Of a stretch of 64,000 nt of DNA, positions 41,726-54,914 are shown piece by piece. How positions within the stretch are numbered: position 1 is the first letter of the stretch; each line of letters starts with the position of its first letter. The position numbers and the translations under genes are program-made. The stretch is from the NCBI RefSeq assembly GCF_001194135.2, contig NC_068984.1:25380355-25444354 (forward strand), in the 5' to 3' direction. The notes under the pieces are model-generated. The model was not told the DNA's origin and made no database searches. It saw nothing but the letters and a program-made list of their open reading frames with translations. The stretch comes from Octopus bimaculoides. Lineage: Eukaryota.

Positions 41726-42157
41726 TTGAATGAGAAAGCAGAGCATGCCATCAAAGTGACATTGGGATAAAATATACAAAGCCCAGTATTCCCATCATGA
41801 CTACCCGTCTGATAAGGGTATACTAGGCGCATGCATCACAACCATATGTGTGCGACATGGTGATCTCATATCAAGATAAACAGCACATGACCTTGCAGGT
41901 GGGGCCCAGTTAGAATTTTCTTCAGGTCGAGTAGCCCATCCCACTCAAATGGTCCTTGAATAAGGATTGTTTAAAGATGTTGAATCAAACACCCATGTTT
42001 CCAGAGGTGAATTATTCAAACTCAAAAGAATTCCTCTAAACATATGGCTATGATGCTCCCCCACCACTACTTTTACTCATGATCAGAGATGCACATATCA
42101 TCAGCCACCAAAGGACATGCTCAACTGGTTATAGTTAAACAACTGATAAGCAAATCT
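41726..42157 (+). mobile_element. Family D dispersed repeat of unknown class (about 430 bp) embedded in (ATT)n
   Basis: Clearly homologous inverted copy at 52665-53086. Flanked by ATT repeats. Confidence 0.8.
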
Positions 42158-42196
42158 ATTATCATTATTATTATTATTATTATTATTACTATTATT

Positions 42197-42446
42197 AAGG
42201 TAGCGAGCTGGCAGAATTGTTCCAGCACTGGGGAAAATGCTCAACCTCATTTCTTCTGACTTGATGTTCTAAGTTCAAATGCCACTGGGTTTGACTCTGC
42301 CTTTCATCCTTTTGGGGTTGGTAAAATAAGTACCAGTTGAGTATTGGTGGGGGCAATGTAATCAACTTAACTCCTTACCTGGAAATTGCTGGCCTTGTGC
42401 CAACATTTGAAACCATTAGTAGTAGTAGTAAAAGTAGTAGTAGTAA

Positions 42447-42488
<42 letters not shown>

Positions 42489-42573
42489 CAGTAGTAGTAG
42501 CAGCAGCAGCAGCAGTAGCAGTAGTAGTAGTAGTAGCAGCAGCAGCAGCAGCAATAGCAGCAGTAGCTACAGT
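42197..42573 (+). mobile_element. Family B SINE (42197-42414) with a (GTA/GCA)n compound tail (42418-42573)
   Basis: aaggtagcgagctggcagaattg head, tttgaaacc end, then the microsatellite. Confidence 0.8.
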
Positions 42574-44564
42574 AATTTCTTTAAACTTTATTTTATTAAT
42601 TTATTTATTTAATAAAGAGTTCTAACTAGCATAAGGCCACAGATAGGGCTGTTAATTAAATCAACCCCTATTCTTCTTTGATATTTATTCTATTGAACTC
42701 AAAAGAATGAAAAGCAAAAATCAACTTCACCAGAATTGGAACTCTACATGTAAATACTTAAATGTTTAGTGGTGTACCAATTCTTCAATCTGGGTCTTTC
42801 AACAGTTATGAGTAACCATGAGTTTTCTGCACCTGGAAAGTTCTTTTCCAAAATGCATGCTAGGATAGGTGCCCTACCTACAACTTAGCTGAAATGGTCT
42901 TATCTTGCAAGTTATTTGGTAATCTCACTGGTGCCAGTATCACATAAAAACTCTCAGATTAACCGGCTGTAGGAACTATGCCAGAGCAGATATTGAAGTT
43001 TGGAACAGTCCTCTAACTTGCTAGCTCCTGTCAAATCATCCGACCCATGCCAGTATGAAAAATAGATGTTAAATGATGATGATGATAATTATGATGATGA
43101 AAACTAGCAGTTTACCATGTGTAAAGGAAAAGCAAGGTCAATACAGCATGGCCTAAGTGTTGTTACAGGAATTGCAGTGAAAACATAGGCATCACAGTAA
43201 GAATATAAACAGCCAGAATAGATATCATCTAACACTCAAACAGTTCTGTCAATCCACTACTCTGTGTTGGTGTGATTTTTATTGATCCCTGAAACAACTT
43301 ACCCAATTTCATTGGCTTCGTATGTAGAAATATCATAAGACATAAATTTGTAAAGAAATGGAGTATAATAGTATAATCAACAGACTGATATCAGTTCATA
43401 TGTAAATTATCCTGGATGGATGAAAATCGAAGACTAAAAGAATGTAAAGGACTGAAACTAAAATATTATAAGACTTTAATCTAGAGTTGTACGAGTTCTG
43501 CTATTTAACTTTCCTAATAATTCTTTCTAACTTAAGAGCAATCTCACAAATTTTGGAGGAAATTAACTCACTCTCAGTATTTGACTGGTATTTTATTTTA
43601 TCAATGCTAGAAAGATGAAAGACAAATTCAGGATATGAACTCCAAATGCAAAGGGATATAACTAAATACACCAAGGTCCCTTGTCTGTCATTCTACCCAA
43701 TTCAGTCATCTAGCATCTCAATATTTATAACAATAACAATGATTATAACATTGGTATACTGCCACAAATATGTAGAGTAGAAGTAGAATCCATTTAATCA
43801 GGAGAGTGAAAGCTAAGTTTTAAATTCAGAATGTAGGAAGACAAAATTAAAAACTGTAAAGTTTTCAGTTTAAGGTTTTACAGTTTCTACCAGCCTAAAC
43901 AATAACCTTTAAGATAATAACTATCATTCAAAAATTTCAGCTTCATTACAGAAGGTTAGATGCTTCAATAATTGCATAACACTACTTCTTTTTTTTTTTT
44001 TGTAGTCTCTTTATGACTCAAAGACGTAGTTCTTATCATCGTAATCTTCAGGAAGACATACACAAATACACATAGACCTTGCCTACTCACTGAATGCTGA
44101 TATCCATCAACATTTAGAATTTACGTGAGAATATACAGATGAAGTTTTTCAGCAGGAACCCTTAACTTTTACACAAAATATGGAAAATGTATGCATCTGT
44201 TTGGTTACATCTTTTCTGTCCTCACATGCAGTCAAACAATAAACATAACTATCACCAAAAACATACCACTGTTTACTAAATCTCCTTGGTCTTTTTTTTT
44301 TTTTTTTATGGTTTTCTGAACAATTTTTTCTCAGCCTGTTTCTAGGTAGAAACCTTCATCCAGTTTATTACTCCGTTACTCTGGGTATCCAAACCAAAAT
44401 TTCAATCAACTTAACCAAACCACAGAAGATATGAAAAATACTCATTAACACAGACTTGCCTCCCCATCTATTTATTGATCTACAAGCCCATTGATTTTGA
44501 AGTAGTTTATCTGCATTCTTGTCACTATTTCACATTCTTCCATTTTCAAACGCACCAATTCTAT

Positions 44565-44687
44565 TTATTTGAGTTTCAACAGTGTGGTAATGATTTTGTC
44601 CATAGAAATGTACTTGCTCCACTCCTGCTGTGTTTCAGCTGAAGCAAAATACTCCTCAGGACATCTATTTTCTTCCAATATAGAAAT
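44565..44687 (-). CDS. Candidate terminal coding exon (ISILEENRCPEEYFASAETQQEWSKYISMDKIITTLLKLK*), unidentified
   Basis: taattag acceptor, 40 open codons with coding-like composition, TAA stop, and AATAAA motifs downstream on the minus strand (44471-44476, 44364-44369). No recognised homolog. Confidence 0.4.
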   Translation of the reverse strand: MSILEENRCPEEYFASAETQQEWSKYISMDKIITTLLKLK

Positions 44688-46134
44688 CTAATTATAGTAA
44701 CTGGAGTAATAGCAAATATCCCCACTACAGTAGTGGACACAACAAAAAAAATTAGTTTTACACTGATTTACAGAATAAGAGAGGTAAAGAATAATAAAGA
44801 CATTGCATTTAATTATGGGTTCCTTTTTATAGCCATTGCTGCTAATACAGACCCACAACAGTTTTCTCAGATTCTGGAGTTTACAGTATTTTGCAATAAA
44901 ATGTTCAGATAATAAAAGAATGTCTGAAGAATTTCACAAACTTAAACATTTCAAGATATAATTTTCCAAACTTGATGAAAATCATAACCTTAATAAACAG
45001 TTATCATTGTATGCCATGAATAGCAGAATTTGAAGATTATTGGACTTAATGCCTTGCAATATTTTAGTTATCTTTTACAATCTAAGTTCAATTTGTGGCA
45101 TGATTAACGTTGCCTTTTAGTTTTCCAAAGTGAAGCACTGGCTTTATCACATCAACTACACCCTTAAGCAAAGCTTTGTGTCTATGTCAGAAATAGTCAT
45201 ATCCACAATGGGTGTGATGGCACAGAAGAACACTGGAGCAGTATTTAGCACCACAGAACAAAACAGAAGTCTGGTAAGGGTATAAAGAAGGGCAATGAGC
45301 TTTCAATCTTTTACTGAACAGTGATGATTTTATTTGATACTGAAATTCCTGGTGATGGTGATTCATCTGAAAAGTACACCAAAATAACAGATTGTTCCAG
45401 TAGCCAACTAATGTGAGAATAAAGATTATTGGAGAGGAAAAAGGCAAAAAACTGAAGAGCTTTCTATGTGAAGGTAACAGAAAACTTCAGCACAGAAATG
45501 GGTAAACAATAGTAATATCATATCAATATTAACCATAATCACATAAAAGTACTACAGCAACAATAATAAAACCAGCAAGGAAGTAGAAACTCATGGCACT
45601 CCACCAAAAATAATAGAGAAGATAAGGCATCCATTTTCCTCCAGAATTATTAAAAGAGGAGAAACAGCAAGATCATGTCATGAAACACAGCCAGACACTG
45701 AGCCTGCAGTCCAATAATTTATTCTGTAATGAGTGGCTGGAATTAGAGGAGAGGGAAATGGCTTGTTATGGATGGGGAATGAAAAGTCATCAAGTTGGGC
45801 TGTGTACAATGATACTGAATAATAATTTATTTTGTGTATGTAAAGGACTGGACTAACCTCTAATATATTATGCATATTATTTTATTGATCCAAAAAGATG
45901 AAAGGTCAAGCTGAATATGATAGGATATATTAACAAAAGCAATAACAGTAATAGTAATGTCTTTTTTTTTTTTGTCTTTTGTTTTTTGACACATCATCAC
46001 AAGTTTGTAGGAGAAGAATAGAATCAACTGAATGAAATCCAGTTTACCTTAAAATGTTGAAAGGAAAACATGAGGGGTAGTGCAAGTTCCCTAAGAAGAC
46101 ACCAACCATCAAAATTAAGGAGTTCATATAATAT

Positions 46135-46334
46135 TCTTTTCTACTCTAGGCTCAAGGCCCGAAATTTTGGGGGAGAGGGGCAGTCAATTAGATCGACCTC
46201 AGTACTTAATTTCTCGACCCCCGAAAGGATGAAAGACAAAGTTGACCTCAGTGGAATTTGAATGCAGAACTTAAAGACAGATGAAATACCGCTAAGCATT
46301 TCGCCCAGCATGATAATGTTTCTGCCAGCTCAAC
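46135..46334 (-). mobile_element. Family B SINE, close to the family pattern
   Basis: tcgaccccgaaaggatgaaagacaaagttgacctcagtggaatttgaa...ccgctaagcatttcgcccagcatg. Confidence 0.85.
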
Positions 46335-47780
46335 TTCATATAATATTGTTTAACCCTTTAGCTTTAAGATTATTCTGTCAAATGTAATGCTTATTTTTTT
46401 TACATTGTTTTGAATGAAACAAGTAAAATATCTAAGCCAGATATGGCCGGTTTAAATGCTAATGTATTACAGTTTAAGATGGTACAACAGAAATACAATA
46501 TGTAGGTTCAAGTAGCAGGGGAACATAGTCACATAATGTTGGAAGAACAGAATCATTTTTGATTTTCAAAATTTATTTTAGTACTAATCATATTTAAGCA
46601 GACGGCATAATCCATTCCCTAGACCAAGGCAATAATCACACACATGAACCAAACTTTAAAGATGCAAGCCAATGAGTGAAAGCTAACCAATGAGAGAGTG
46701 TTTTTATGTAGCTACATGCTAGAAATAGTAAACAAAATCTCTATCAAATCACAGTACTGCTTTGAAAAAAGAGGGACACATTACATAAGGTAGTCTTAGA
46801 TAGACCAATGCCAAAAGCTGCACAAAATCATGGATAACTTGAATTGGAGCATCAGTATTACAGTGTATGTAACCTAAAATAATTTTCAAGCAAAATACAG
46901 ATATTTTAGCTTGTTTATCTCTTAAAACACATCCAGAAATGGAAACTAAGTGGTTAAACCATTAAAATATGTGTTTAAACTGCTAGTATTTTGAGCAAAG
47001 TATGAAAGACAGTTAAACGTCTGCCTTAAATGATTAAATACTATTTTCAATTCACAACTGAAGTGTATTGGGAAAATTAGCTATAAAATAACCCATAACA
47101 CGAAATATTTGTATTTACAAAAGTTGGGTGCAGCGAAAAAACAACTTTAATTATTGATCATAAAATTCTATCTTTGTTTCCCAGTCCTTCAAAAATTTCA
47201 TCTCTATTTTAAAATTAAAGATGTAAAAATAAATTCACTTTTTGATGACTGTACTAAATTTAGCTTTATCTTATGTAGATTCAAAATAATTATAACACTT
47301 CATAGACACATATTCATTAATGTATTTCTTGTGAGCCAATCAAAATATAGGTAGGGTAAGGAACATCTGGAGTATTACTAAGATGAGGAAAAGACTTGGG
47401 TAGACATGGCACTGTTGATTAAAACTCATGAAAACACGATCTTTTAGCAGTAATTTACGTCTCTATAGTAGATATAAGATGATAAATATTAAATGCTGGA
47501 CATATATTTTTGCATGATGATATGGGGAAAACCAGAGGAGGAGGGACATTGGGATTTGGTGGTGGTGGTGGTGGTGGTGGTTATGGTGGATTATGAGTAT
47601 GGAACTAACATCCTTATAATAATTCTAAGAATTGCATAAACTTTCAGACAGAAAAAAACACATTTGCACCCACATGTATGTAAATAGACATAAGCACACA
47701 TGTGCATAGTTACACAAATGCTTGCATACATGCTTAACTGTTATTTCAGAAGAACACACAAGTGATCTTCATTTACTTAC

Positions 47781-47811
47781 TAAAACAAAATGTTTTAATA
47801 TTATTAATTTG
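47781..47811 (-). CDS. Candidate 31-nt exon (phase 2 to 0, KLIILKHFVL)
   Basis: Strong acceptor caacttccttttcag and gtaagt donor. Phase fits its neighbours. Confidence 0.3.
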
Positions 47812-48170
47812 CTGAAAAGGAAGTTGAAATGGTCTCAGAGCAATTTATTTCCTCTGTGCCCACTCATACCACAACACTTTATTTAGATCATCAAATCTAA
47901 AACTGAGTACCAATCCCACTTTGTGGTGCGTTACTTGGTATTTAGTTGAACAAACAGCATGAAACTACAAGCTACACAAATGTCTTCCTATAACTAGATC
48001 GATCCAACCCACATCAGCATGGAAAATGGGTATGAATTTAAACCTGTAAATTTCAAAAATAGAAGCTGTGCATGTGTGTGCGTGTGTGTGGGAGGGAGGG
48101 GGTGAGCATGGGGGGTGATATGGCAATAAAAGTCCTTATCTATATGCTACATTATAAACCTTATTGGCAT

Positions 48171-48600
48171 ACTCTTTTACTCTTTTACTTGTTTCAGTCA
48201 TTTGACTGTGGCCATACTGGAGCACCGCCTTTTTAGTCGAGCAAACCAACCCCAGGACTTATTCTTTGTAAGCCTACTACTTATTCTATCGGTCTCTTTT
48301 GCCAAACCACTAAGTTACAGGGACGTAAACACACCAGCATCGGTTGTCAAGCGATATTAGGGGGACAAACACAGACACACAAACATATACACACACACAG
48401 ATACACACATATATATATATACATATATATATACGACGGGCTTCTTTCAGTTTCCGTCTACCAAATCCACTCACAAGGCTTTGGTCAGCCCGAGGCTATA
48501 GTAGAAGACACTTGCCCAAGGTGCCACACAGTGGGACTGAACCTGGAACCATGTGGTTCGTAAGCAAGCTACTTACCACACAGCCACTCCTACACCTATA
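48171..48600 (-). mobile_element. Family A SINE, young full-length copy
   Basis: All motifs intact from the ctcttttac tail to the accacacagccactcctacac head. Confidence 0.9.
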
Positions 48601-49226
48601 TATATATTTGGTAACCTGATAAAAAGTGGGGGGGGGGGAATATTCACCTCTTCCATCATAAATACTACACATATTTACATAAATTTATTAGTGTGTGTGT
48701 ACTAGCATACATGCCTATGCAAATTCGATTTTGAGGCAAGTGTAGTTAATTAAACTGATTCCAAGTCTGGTAAAGCTTATTTATACCAATCCCCAAAGTG
48801 TTAATTTGATAGGGATTTCAATTGGACACCATAAAACATCACAGTCTGGTTTACTGTTGAGTGTACCACCAATCATATCACTTCCACATACACATGTATG
48901 TTCTTATATATGTGTATATGTATGCTCATGTGTATGTGCGTGTGTTTATGTTCAGTTACAATAAAAACAATCTTACTTTAATCTGATACAAGAATGTTGT
49001 TGACTGACTTCGAAGTTTCGGCCAGCTTAGCCATCATTAGACTGCATGCACATATATATATGGATTGATACTCTAGGAATACTAATTATAAGGTTAGCAT
49101 GTGTTGTAATCGTATAATATTAATCATATGACATCCTTTGTGTTGTGGCAATGAGTAATGAACCTAATTTTAATTGCTCCTAGTTCTTAGGAGCAATTAA
49201 AGTTTTATATATATATNNNNNNNNNN

Positions 49227-49385
49227 AGTCATTGGACTATGGCCATGCTGGGGCACCATGTTGAAGAGTTCAACAAATCAATTCCAGTACTTATTATTTA
49301 AATTATAGTACATATTATATTAGTTTGTTTTGTTGAACTGCTACGTTACAGAGAAGTGAACAAACCAACACTAGTTGTCAAGCAA

Positions 49386-49423
<38 letters not shown>

Positions 49424-49560
49424 CAGGCTTCCACACAGTTTCTGTCAAACAAATTCACTTACAAGGCATTGGTTGGCTCAAGACACTTGCCCAGGGTACC
49501 ATGCAGTGAGACTGAACCCAAAACTATGCTATCACAAAGTTAGCTTCTTAACCACACTGC
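49227..49560 (-). mobile_element. Family A SINE, diverged, with internal (CA)n
   Basis: Core motifs present but degraded. Confidence 0.7.
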
Positions 49561-49774
49561 CTATTACAAAACAATTGCATACATAAAGAAGCATGTAGCT
49601 TCAGTTCTATAATAAAAGGAAGTGGGATGTAAAATGGAAATTAACAAAGACACAAAAGAACAAGTTAAACTTTAGAAACTTTAAAAAAATAAAATATGCT
49701 TTTTCACCCTCCGCCTCCCCCATCTTTATCAAATCATGTCAACCATGCCTAATTATTAAGACACACAGTCATAC

Positions 49775-49887
49775 TTGAATGTTATTTTCACATTTAGCAA
49801 TAAACACTTCTCATCGTTTAGCTTGACCGCATCTTCTTCACCTTTGGTAATGTGAGTCATTTGCAATTTCTGAAATGCCATGACAAA
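49775..49887 (-). CDS. Candidate exon (FVMAFQKLQMTHITKGEEDAVKLNDEKCLLLNVKITF), unidentified
   Basis: tttctattttaag acceptor and an open frame. Phase-2 donor gtatga after 49775, with an alternative gtgttt after 49808. Confidence 0.33.
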
Positions 49888-49985
49888 CTTAAAATAGAAA
49901 TAAAAATTCTAACAGCAGTTTGATTTAAACTTCAGAAAAGAGAATCTACTTTAAAATTAATCAAGTTTTCTATGCAATCATTAAA

Positions 49986-50138
<153 letters not shown>

Positions 50139-50454
50139 GGTGTGTTACATTCTTTGACATTATCTACCTGTATTTTTGAACTATTCTTTTTCTTTTTTTA
50201 AGATTTACACTTTTACTGCTTCAGTCAGTAGACTCTGGCCAAGCTGGGGCACCACCTTTAATGGTCTTAATCAGTCGTACTGACCTTAGAACTTACTTTA
50301 GTTTGGTTTCTGCTTCATCAATCTATATTCATCGAATGGTTATCTCTTGGTAAACAGATTTTAGGTCAGCATAAGTACATGGACAGATACAGACACACAC
50401 ATTCCAATTCTTACTACTGTACCAACTTGTCAGTCTTCCTGCTTAAAAACTTAC

Positions 50455-50478
50455 GTTTTCATTTTCTTTTGAAGAACT
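50455..50478 (-). CDS. Candidate 24-nt exon (SSSKENEN)
   Basis: ttttcactctaag acceptor, gtaagt donor, phase 0-0. Confidence 0.22.
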
Positions 50479-50941
50479 CTTAGAGTGAAAACCGGTTGGA
50501 ACATAAAGTAAAAACATTTAATACATCTAAATAAAATACATGTTATTTGTCTTTTAATTCATCTAAAGATATGGCAATTTTAGTTCTTTTATGACAATTC
50601 TAGTTCTTTGGCAAACTATTTAAGCATCACAAATCAGTGANNNNNNNNNNNNNNNNNNNNNNNGCATCACATATCAGTGATTGATTGCATACATTAATTT
50701 ATGAAATTAACCAATAGTCATCAATCACATTTGTTATATCTAGTTAATAAAACAATTGCTCTATCTTTTTGTTTCACTTCTTCAACAACCCACTTTCACC
50801 AAGCTTATATTCATCTCAGTAGCTTGCAAACCTATAGAACTCACTAAACCATAACACTTTTTCAATTCTCACAGAGTAAGCAAGAATTGCAAACTATTGG
50901 TTTTATTTTTTGTTTTTTTTGGGGGGGGGGCTTTGCATTCA

Positions 50942-51135
50942 TTAACTCTTTAGCATTTACACCAGCCATATCTGGCCCAAATATTTTATCTGTCTTATGT
51001 TCAAACCAGCCAGATCTGACCTCTCACACCTACCCTACAATGTCATTCTAAAAATGACATAATACATGATACATTTACAACAATGTGAATAAATAAGCTT
51101 TACATTTGACAAAAATCTGAATGCTAAAGGGTTAA
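50942..51135. mobile_element. piggyBac-type MITE (TTAA-flanked, 12-bp TIR)
   Basis: ttaa-ctctttagcatt ... aatgctaaaggg-ttaa, TIR match 11/12. A shorter related copy lies at about 46350-46462 (ttaaccctttagc...gccagatatggccggtttaaatgctaa). Confidence 0.75.
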
Positions 51136-51342
51136 TTTTAGTTTCAAAGTTGATTGAAATATCATCACATTTGTAAAATAACATAGATTTAAAAACATAC
51201 AACACACTTCACAAGAAAACCAAAATATTCAACATTATACAGCAGTTTTATTACAAACTAGTTGCAGATACCCAAGGCAGCTGTTTGCTGTATAGTGAAA
51301 GAGAGTGTCAGGAAGAGAAGCCTACCTTTAAATTTAGAAAAT

Positions 51343-51480
51343 GACACAAAGACCATGTAAAGCACAAGCTGACACAAAGACCATGTAAAGACACAAAGAC
51401 CATGAAAAAGACACAAAGGCCCTGCAAAGACACAAAGACCAGGTAAAGACACACAAAGACCAGGTTAAGTACAAGCTGAC
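51343..51480. repeat. 19-bp minisatellite (gacacaaagacca(t/g)gtaaa), about 6 units
   Basis: Direct reading. The first and last units carry an extra acaagct. Confidence 0.85.
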
Positions 51481-51549
51481 CAAATGCCTTATAACTTGGA
51501 TTTCTTAGGAATAGCTTGCCCTAAACAAAATCACATTACTTTGAAATAT

Positions 51550-51920
51550 TCTTTTATTCTTTTACTTGTTTCAGTAATTTGACTGTAGCCATGCTGGAGC
51601 ACTACATTAAAGGGTTTTTTAGTCGAAGAAATTAACCCCAGGACTTATTCTTTGTAAGCCTAGTACTTATTTTATCAGTCTAATTTGCTAAACTGCTAAG
51701 TTACGGGGAGATAAACACACCAACATCAGTTGTCAAGTGATGGTGGGGGGACAAAAAATAGACAGAAAGACACATACACATAAATATATACATATGTATA
51801 TATACAACAAGCTTCTTTCAGTTTCTATCTACCAAATCCATTCACAAAGCTTTGGTTGGCACAAGGCTATAGTAGAAGACAATTGCCCAAAGTGCTACAC
51901 AGCCATGCCTGTGTCTATAT
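51550..51920 (-). mobile_element. Family A SINE
   Basis: Tail cttttacttgtttcagt through the core caaagctttggttggc...gaagacaattgccc. Confidence 0.8.
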
Positions 51921-52664
51921 ATAAATGATAAATTTTTTATTGATTTTTTGAAGACAAAATTATTTATTTAGAAAATGCAACATATAGCTAGTCAACTAAT
52001 TGAAAATAATACAATTCTATCATTCAAAAATATAGACTAGTCAGTTCATTAAAGAAAAGTAAAGGTATTAAATGGTTTATGGCTACTTTTATTATTTTTA
52101 TATAATGGAACAAAACATTACAACTGTTTTTCACTGGATCTATTTCTATTAGTCTTTAATACTAGAGATGAAAACAATATCAGTAACAACAATTAAACAA
52201 AATAACAATTAGTTGTTTTATTATTAATAAACAACTGTCATGCACAAAACTTGATAAAGAAAAGCAATTGATGAATATTTATTTCAGTGACTTCATAAGT
52301 TGATGAGTCAGGCATTAGATTAATGTATCTTTGTGACATCTTAGTCACATTTCTTGTATCTGCATGCATAGGTACCATCTGCATGCATAGGTACTTGTGG
52401 AAAACTTCAGAGCAAATAAATACAATTTGGCACGCTTTGTATATGAAGACAAAATGCATTTTAAAAGTAGTATTTAGTATTTTAGTCAATAAATGAAAGT
52501 TATCAGATACTTGATGTTGTGTTTTCTATGCTTGGACACAGTTGAGATAAACATACCCCCATGTCAGTACATAATACAGGCACTGGCTTGTATTAATATG
52601 TACATGTTTTTTTTTTGCCTTGGTATAAAAGATGGGCTGCAGCAAATATTCTGCTCAATACCAC

Positions 52665-53084
52665 AGATTTGCTTGCCAGTTGTTTGACCTTAACCAGTTG
52701 AGTATGTCTTTTGGTGATATGTGCATCTCTGATCACGAGTAGAAGTAGTTGGGGAGCATCATAGCCATATGTTGAGAGGAATTCTTTGGAGTTTGAATAA
52801 TTCACTTCTGGAAACATGGGTATTTCGTTCAACATCCTTAAATAACCCTTATTCAGGGATCTTTTAAGTGGGATGGGCTACTCAGCATGAAGAAAATTCT
52901 AACTGGGCCCCACCTGCAAGGTCATGTGTTGTTTATCTTGATATGAGATCACCATGTCACACACATATGGTTGTGATGCATGCGCCTGGTGTACCCTTAT
53001 CAGATGGGTAGTCATGATGGGTATACTGGGCTTTGTATATTTTATCCCAGTGTCACTTTGTTGGCATGCACTGCTCTCACACTC

Positions 53085-53086
<2 letters not shown>
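52665..53086 (-). mobile_element. Family D dispersed repeat, second copy, with (AAT)n flank
   Basis: Reverse complement of 41726-42157 with scattered substitutions. Confidence 0.8.
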
Positions 53087-53120
<34 letters not shown>

Positions 53121-53224
53121 CATTGTTTAACGTCTGCTTTCCATGCTAGCATGGGTTGGACAATTTGACTGAGGACTGGTGGAACCTGATGGCTATTATT
53201 ATTATTATCATTATTATTATTATT

Positions 53225-53478
53225 ATAGTTGTACCCATAAAAATTGGTGCTCTGAGAGCAATAAGCAAAGATATAGACAAATGGCTGAAGGAGATTGGAA
53301 TAGAATACCCTGTAGAGCTCCTACCAAAAGTCTGTCTCTTAGGGACAGTAAAGATTATCAGAAGGGTTCTAAGCACTTGAAAGATTACTGAAAACTTGGG
53401 GATACCTAAGATTACAGCTAGTAACCCACTACCCACATAAATCTTACCAAGAATAAGACTGAACCTGAGTCAAACCAA
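53225..53478 (+). mobile_element. R4/Dong-like RLE C-terminal fragment
   Basis: IVVPIKIGALRAISKDIDKWLKEIGIEYPVELLPKVCLLGTVKIIRRVL. Flanked by (TAT)n and (AAT)n. Confidence 0.75.
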
Positions 53479-54044
53479 ATAATAATAATCCTTTCTTTTA
53501 TTCAGTCATAATAATCCTTTCTGCTACTAACACTATTGTTAATTCTATGGACTTAAACTTCTCCATCTCAATGGCTATTAAAATAAAAAGATAAAAATTT
53601 AACAAAATATCCTTGTGCTAAATAAATATGTGTGACTATGAAACAGATAAATCACATACACATCTTCATGGAAATCACATAAATACATACAAAAAATTAC
53701 ATAGATTCACACAATGGTGAATCTTGAAGTAATGAGTATGAATTATTGACATAAAATAAATACAGGCTTTCTTGTTTTATATTATTATAATATTAATTAC
53801 TTGAACCTTACACAATTTCTGACAAGTTTAAGTGTAATTCATTTTAGCAAGAAAGTCCATGCAAAAATAGATGCTTAAGAATAAAAAAAATAGGCATTAT
53901 TGCTTGACTCGAGGTCATTCTGATTGAACAGAGCCTTGATCGGAGATAATTCATCCATGACCGTTCCAACATTTTTACTGTGAGGGTGGTGTTACCTAGT
54001 ACTGCATTATCTATTGCATGTCCTTCATGTACGATTTGAGAGAG

Positions 54045-54650
54045 GTGTGGTAAGTAGCTTGCTTACCAACCACATGGTTCCGGGTTCAGTCCCACTGGGT
54101 GGCACCTTGGGCAAGTGTCTTCTACTATAGCCTCGGGCCGACCAAAGCCTTGTGAGTGGATTTGGTAGATGGAAACTGAAAGAAGCCCGTCGTATATGTA
54201 TGTATATATATATATCGACCAAGTTAGTAGTGGGGGTGGGTGCGCTGAAAGTGTAGCTGCTAGAATAAGAATAGNNNNNNNNNNNNNNNNNNNNNNNNNN
54301 NNNNNNNNNNNNNNNNNNNNNNNNNNNNNNNNNNNNNNNNNNNNNNNNNNNNNNNNNNNNNNNNNNNNNNNNNNNNNNNNNNNNNNNNNNNNNNNNNNNN
54401 NNNNNNNNNNNNNNNNNNNNNNNNNNNNNNNNNNNNNNNNNNNNNNNNNNNNNNNNNNNNNNNNNNNNNNNNNNNNNNNNNNNNNNNNNNNNNNNNNNNN
54501 NNNNNNNNNNNNNNNNNNNNNNNNNNNNNNNNNNNNNNNNNNNNNNNNNNNNNNNNNNNNNNCTGGGGTCGATTTGCTCGACTAAAAGGTGGTGCTCCAG
54601 CATGGCCGCAGTCAAATGACTGAAACAAGTAAAAGAGTATAAAAGAGTAT
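54045..54650 (+). mobile_element. Family A SINE, young, spanning an N-gap
   Basis: gtgtggtaagtagcttgcttaccaaccacatggttccgggttcagtccc head and ggtgctccagcatggccgcagtcaaatgactgaaacaagtaaaagag end. Confidence 0.85.
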
Positions 54651-54862
54651 TATTGCTAATAAGTTGAGTGACCATATATAATCCTTGTGAACCTTTAAAA
54701 GATTTTTGAATAAATAAATATGAAGTCAAGTAATAAATTCTTGCACATTTTTTTAAAAACTATTATTTCATTATCTACCCTCACTACATTCTTAGCTAAA
54801 GCTTGAGAGTATGGTAAGATAAAAAAAAAAAAAGAATGGTAAAAAATTTTTTTTTTTAAACG

Positions 54863-54914
54863 GAGCTTGGGACATCAGCACTACTCCCTCAACAAGTGCA
54901 GATGTCCCAAGTTC
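54863..54914. other. 20-bp stem hairpin, candidate pre-miRNA or palindromic remnant
   Basis: gagcttgggacatc-a-gcact / 12-nt loop / agtgc-a-gatgtcccaagttc. One mismatch and one G-U pair. Confidence 0.45.

Noticed and set aside
44565-44687. PEE.F.......EW....MD similarity to neurofibromin
   Set aside because: NF1 is strongly conserved across animals, and this segment lies mid-protein there. Identity here is too low and a stop follows.
50624-50680. Near-duplicate gcatcaca(a/t)atcagtga on both sides of a 23-N gap
   Set aside because: Most likely overlapping contig ends, a scaffolding artefact.
52358-52394. Short tandem duplications (18 bp here; 21 bp at 8579-8620)
   Set aside because: Ordinary slippage events with no additional structure.
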